From an uncultured Gemmatimonadales bacterium (lineage in GTDB: Bacteria > Gemmatimonadota > Gemmatimonadetes > Gemmatimonadales > GWC2-71-9): a stretch of 64,000 nt of DNA. The stretch spans positions 153,291 through 217,290 of the forward strand of contig CAWCVB010000005.1 of NCBI GenBank assembly GCA_963798915.1, read 5' to 3'. Both the position numbers and the translations under genes were made by a program. How positions within the stretch are numbered: the first letter of the stretch is position 1; each line of letters opens with the position of its first letter. Shown piece after piece: positions 63,677-64,000 of this stretch. Under the pieces are notes generated by a model. It ran no database searches and had not been told where the DNA came from. It was given only the letters and a program-made list of their open reading frames with translations.

Positions 63677-64000
63677 GCTCTGCCTGTCTCCCGGTGGCCG
63701 CTCAGGGGTGACGGCCGACGCCAGTTCTACTTCAAGGATGACGCCGCGGATTGCCGGGGTGCGCTGGAGCGCCACACCTTCCACAAGATGCAAGGTAAAT
63801 CATTGTGACAGCATTGTTTACGGCAGGAGATCGGCCCGGCGGCACCGGCCAGGCCGGTCGCAGCAGCGTTGACTTGGGGCCACACGTGAAGCATCCTTAC
63901 CCCACCCGGAAAAACTCTGAGATCAGGCGTGGCGCGCCAACTGTTGCGCGGACTCCCCTGTGCCGCAGTCGGCCGGCTGGTGGCAAATTGCCAAGTTGTT

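Overview
High-GC bacterial chromosomal window. Gene content suggests Gemmatimonadota (FCB group), but that is inference. Region 1-30 kb is mostly housekeeping: an FTR1 iron permease; a long minus-strand run yebC-ruvC-ruvA-(microORF)-ruvB-queA-tgt-yajC-def-fmt-thiE-thiS-thiG-rsmB-PASTA-rpe-TlpA-tsaD-lgt; a PorX-like REC-PglZ regulator; a patatin-ferredoxin fusion; a GWxTD-like protein; tyrS; PBP1A; an HNH nuclease; and VanZ. Region 30.7-64 kb is a large exosortase/PEP-CTERM-linked glycan locus: exosortase, EpsI, two PEP-CTERM proteins, three paralogous 4-TM proteins, Wzm/Wzt, GT2/GT4s, two AsnB-type amidotransferases, an AlgD-like dehydrogenase, a heparinase II/III-like protein, an O-antigen-ligase-like protein, two beta-helix lipoproteins and a Wza-like export protein. 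The best leads are: (1) an unannotated sigma-54 promoter / structured RNA / terminator unit at about 1295-1615 whose upstream dyads resemble dyads in the glycan locus; (2) a 58-aa CxxC..CxxC microprotein overlapping both ruvA and ruvB; (3) a triplicated 4-TM family flanking the PEP-CTERM genes; (4) the patatin-[4Fe-4S] fusion; (5) dispersed heptamer repeat tracts. Many genes carry frameshifts that look like long-read indel errors. All calls come from reading the sequence by eye; no searches were run.
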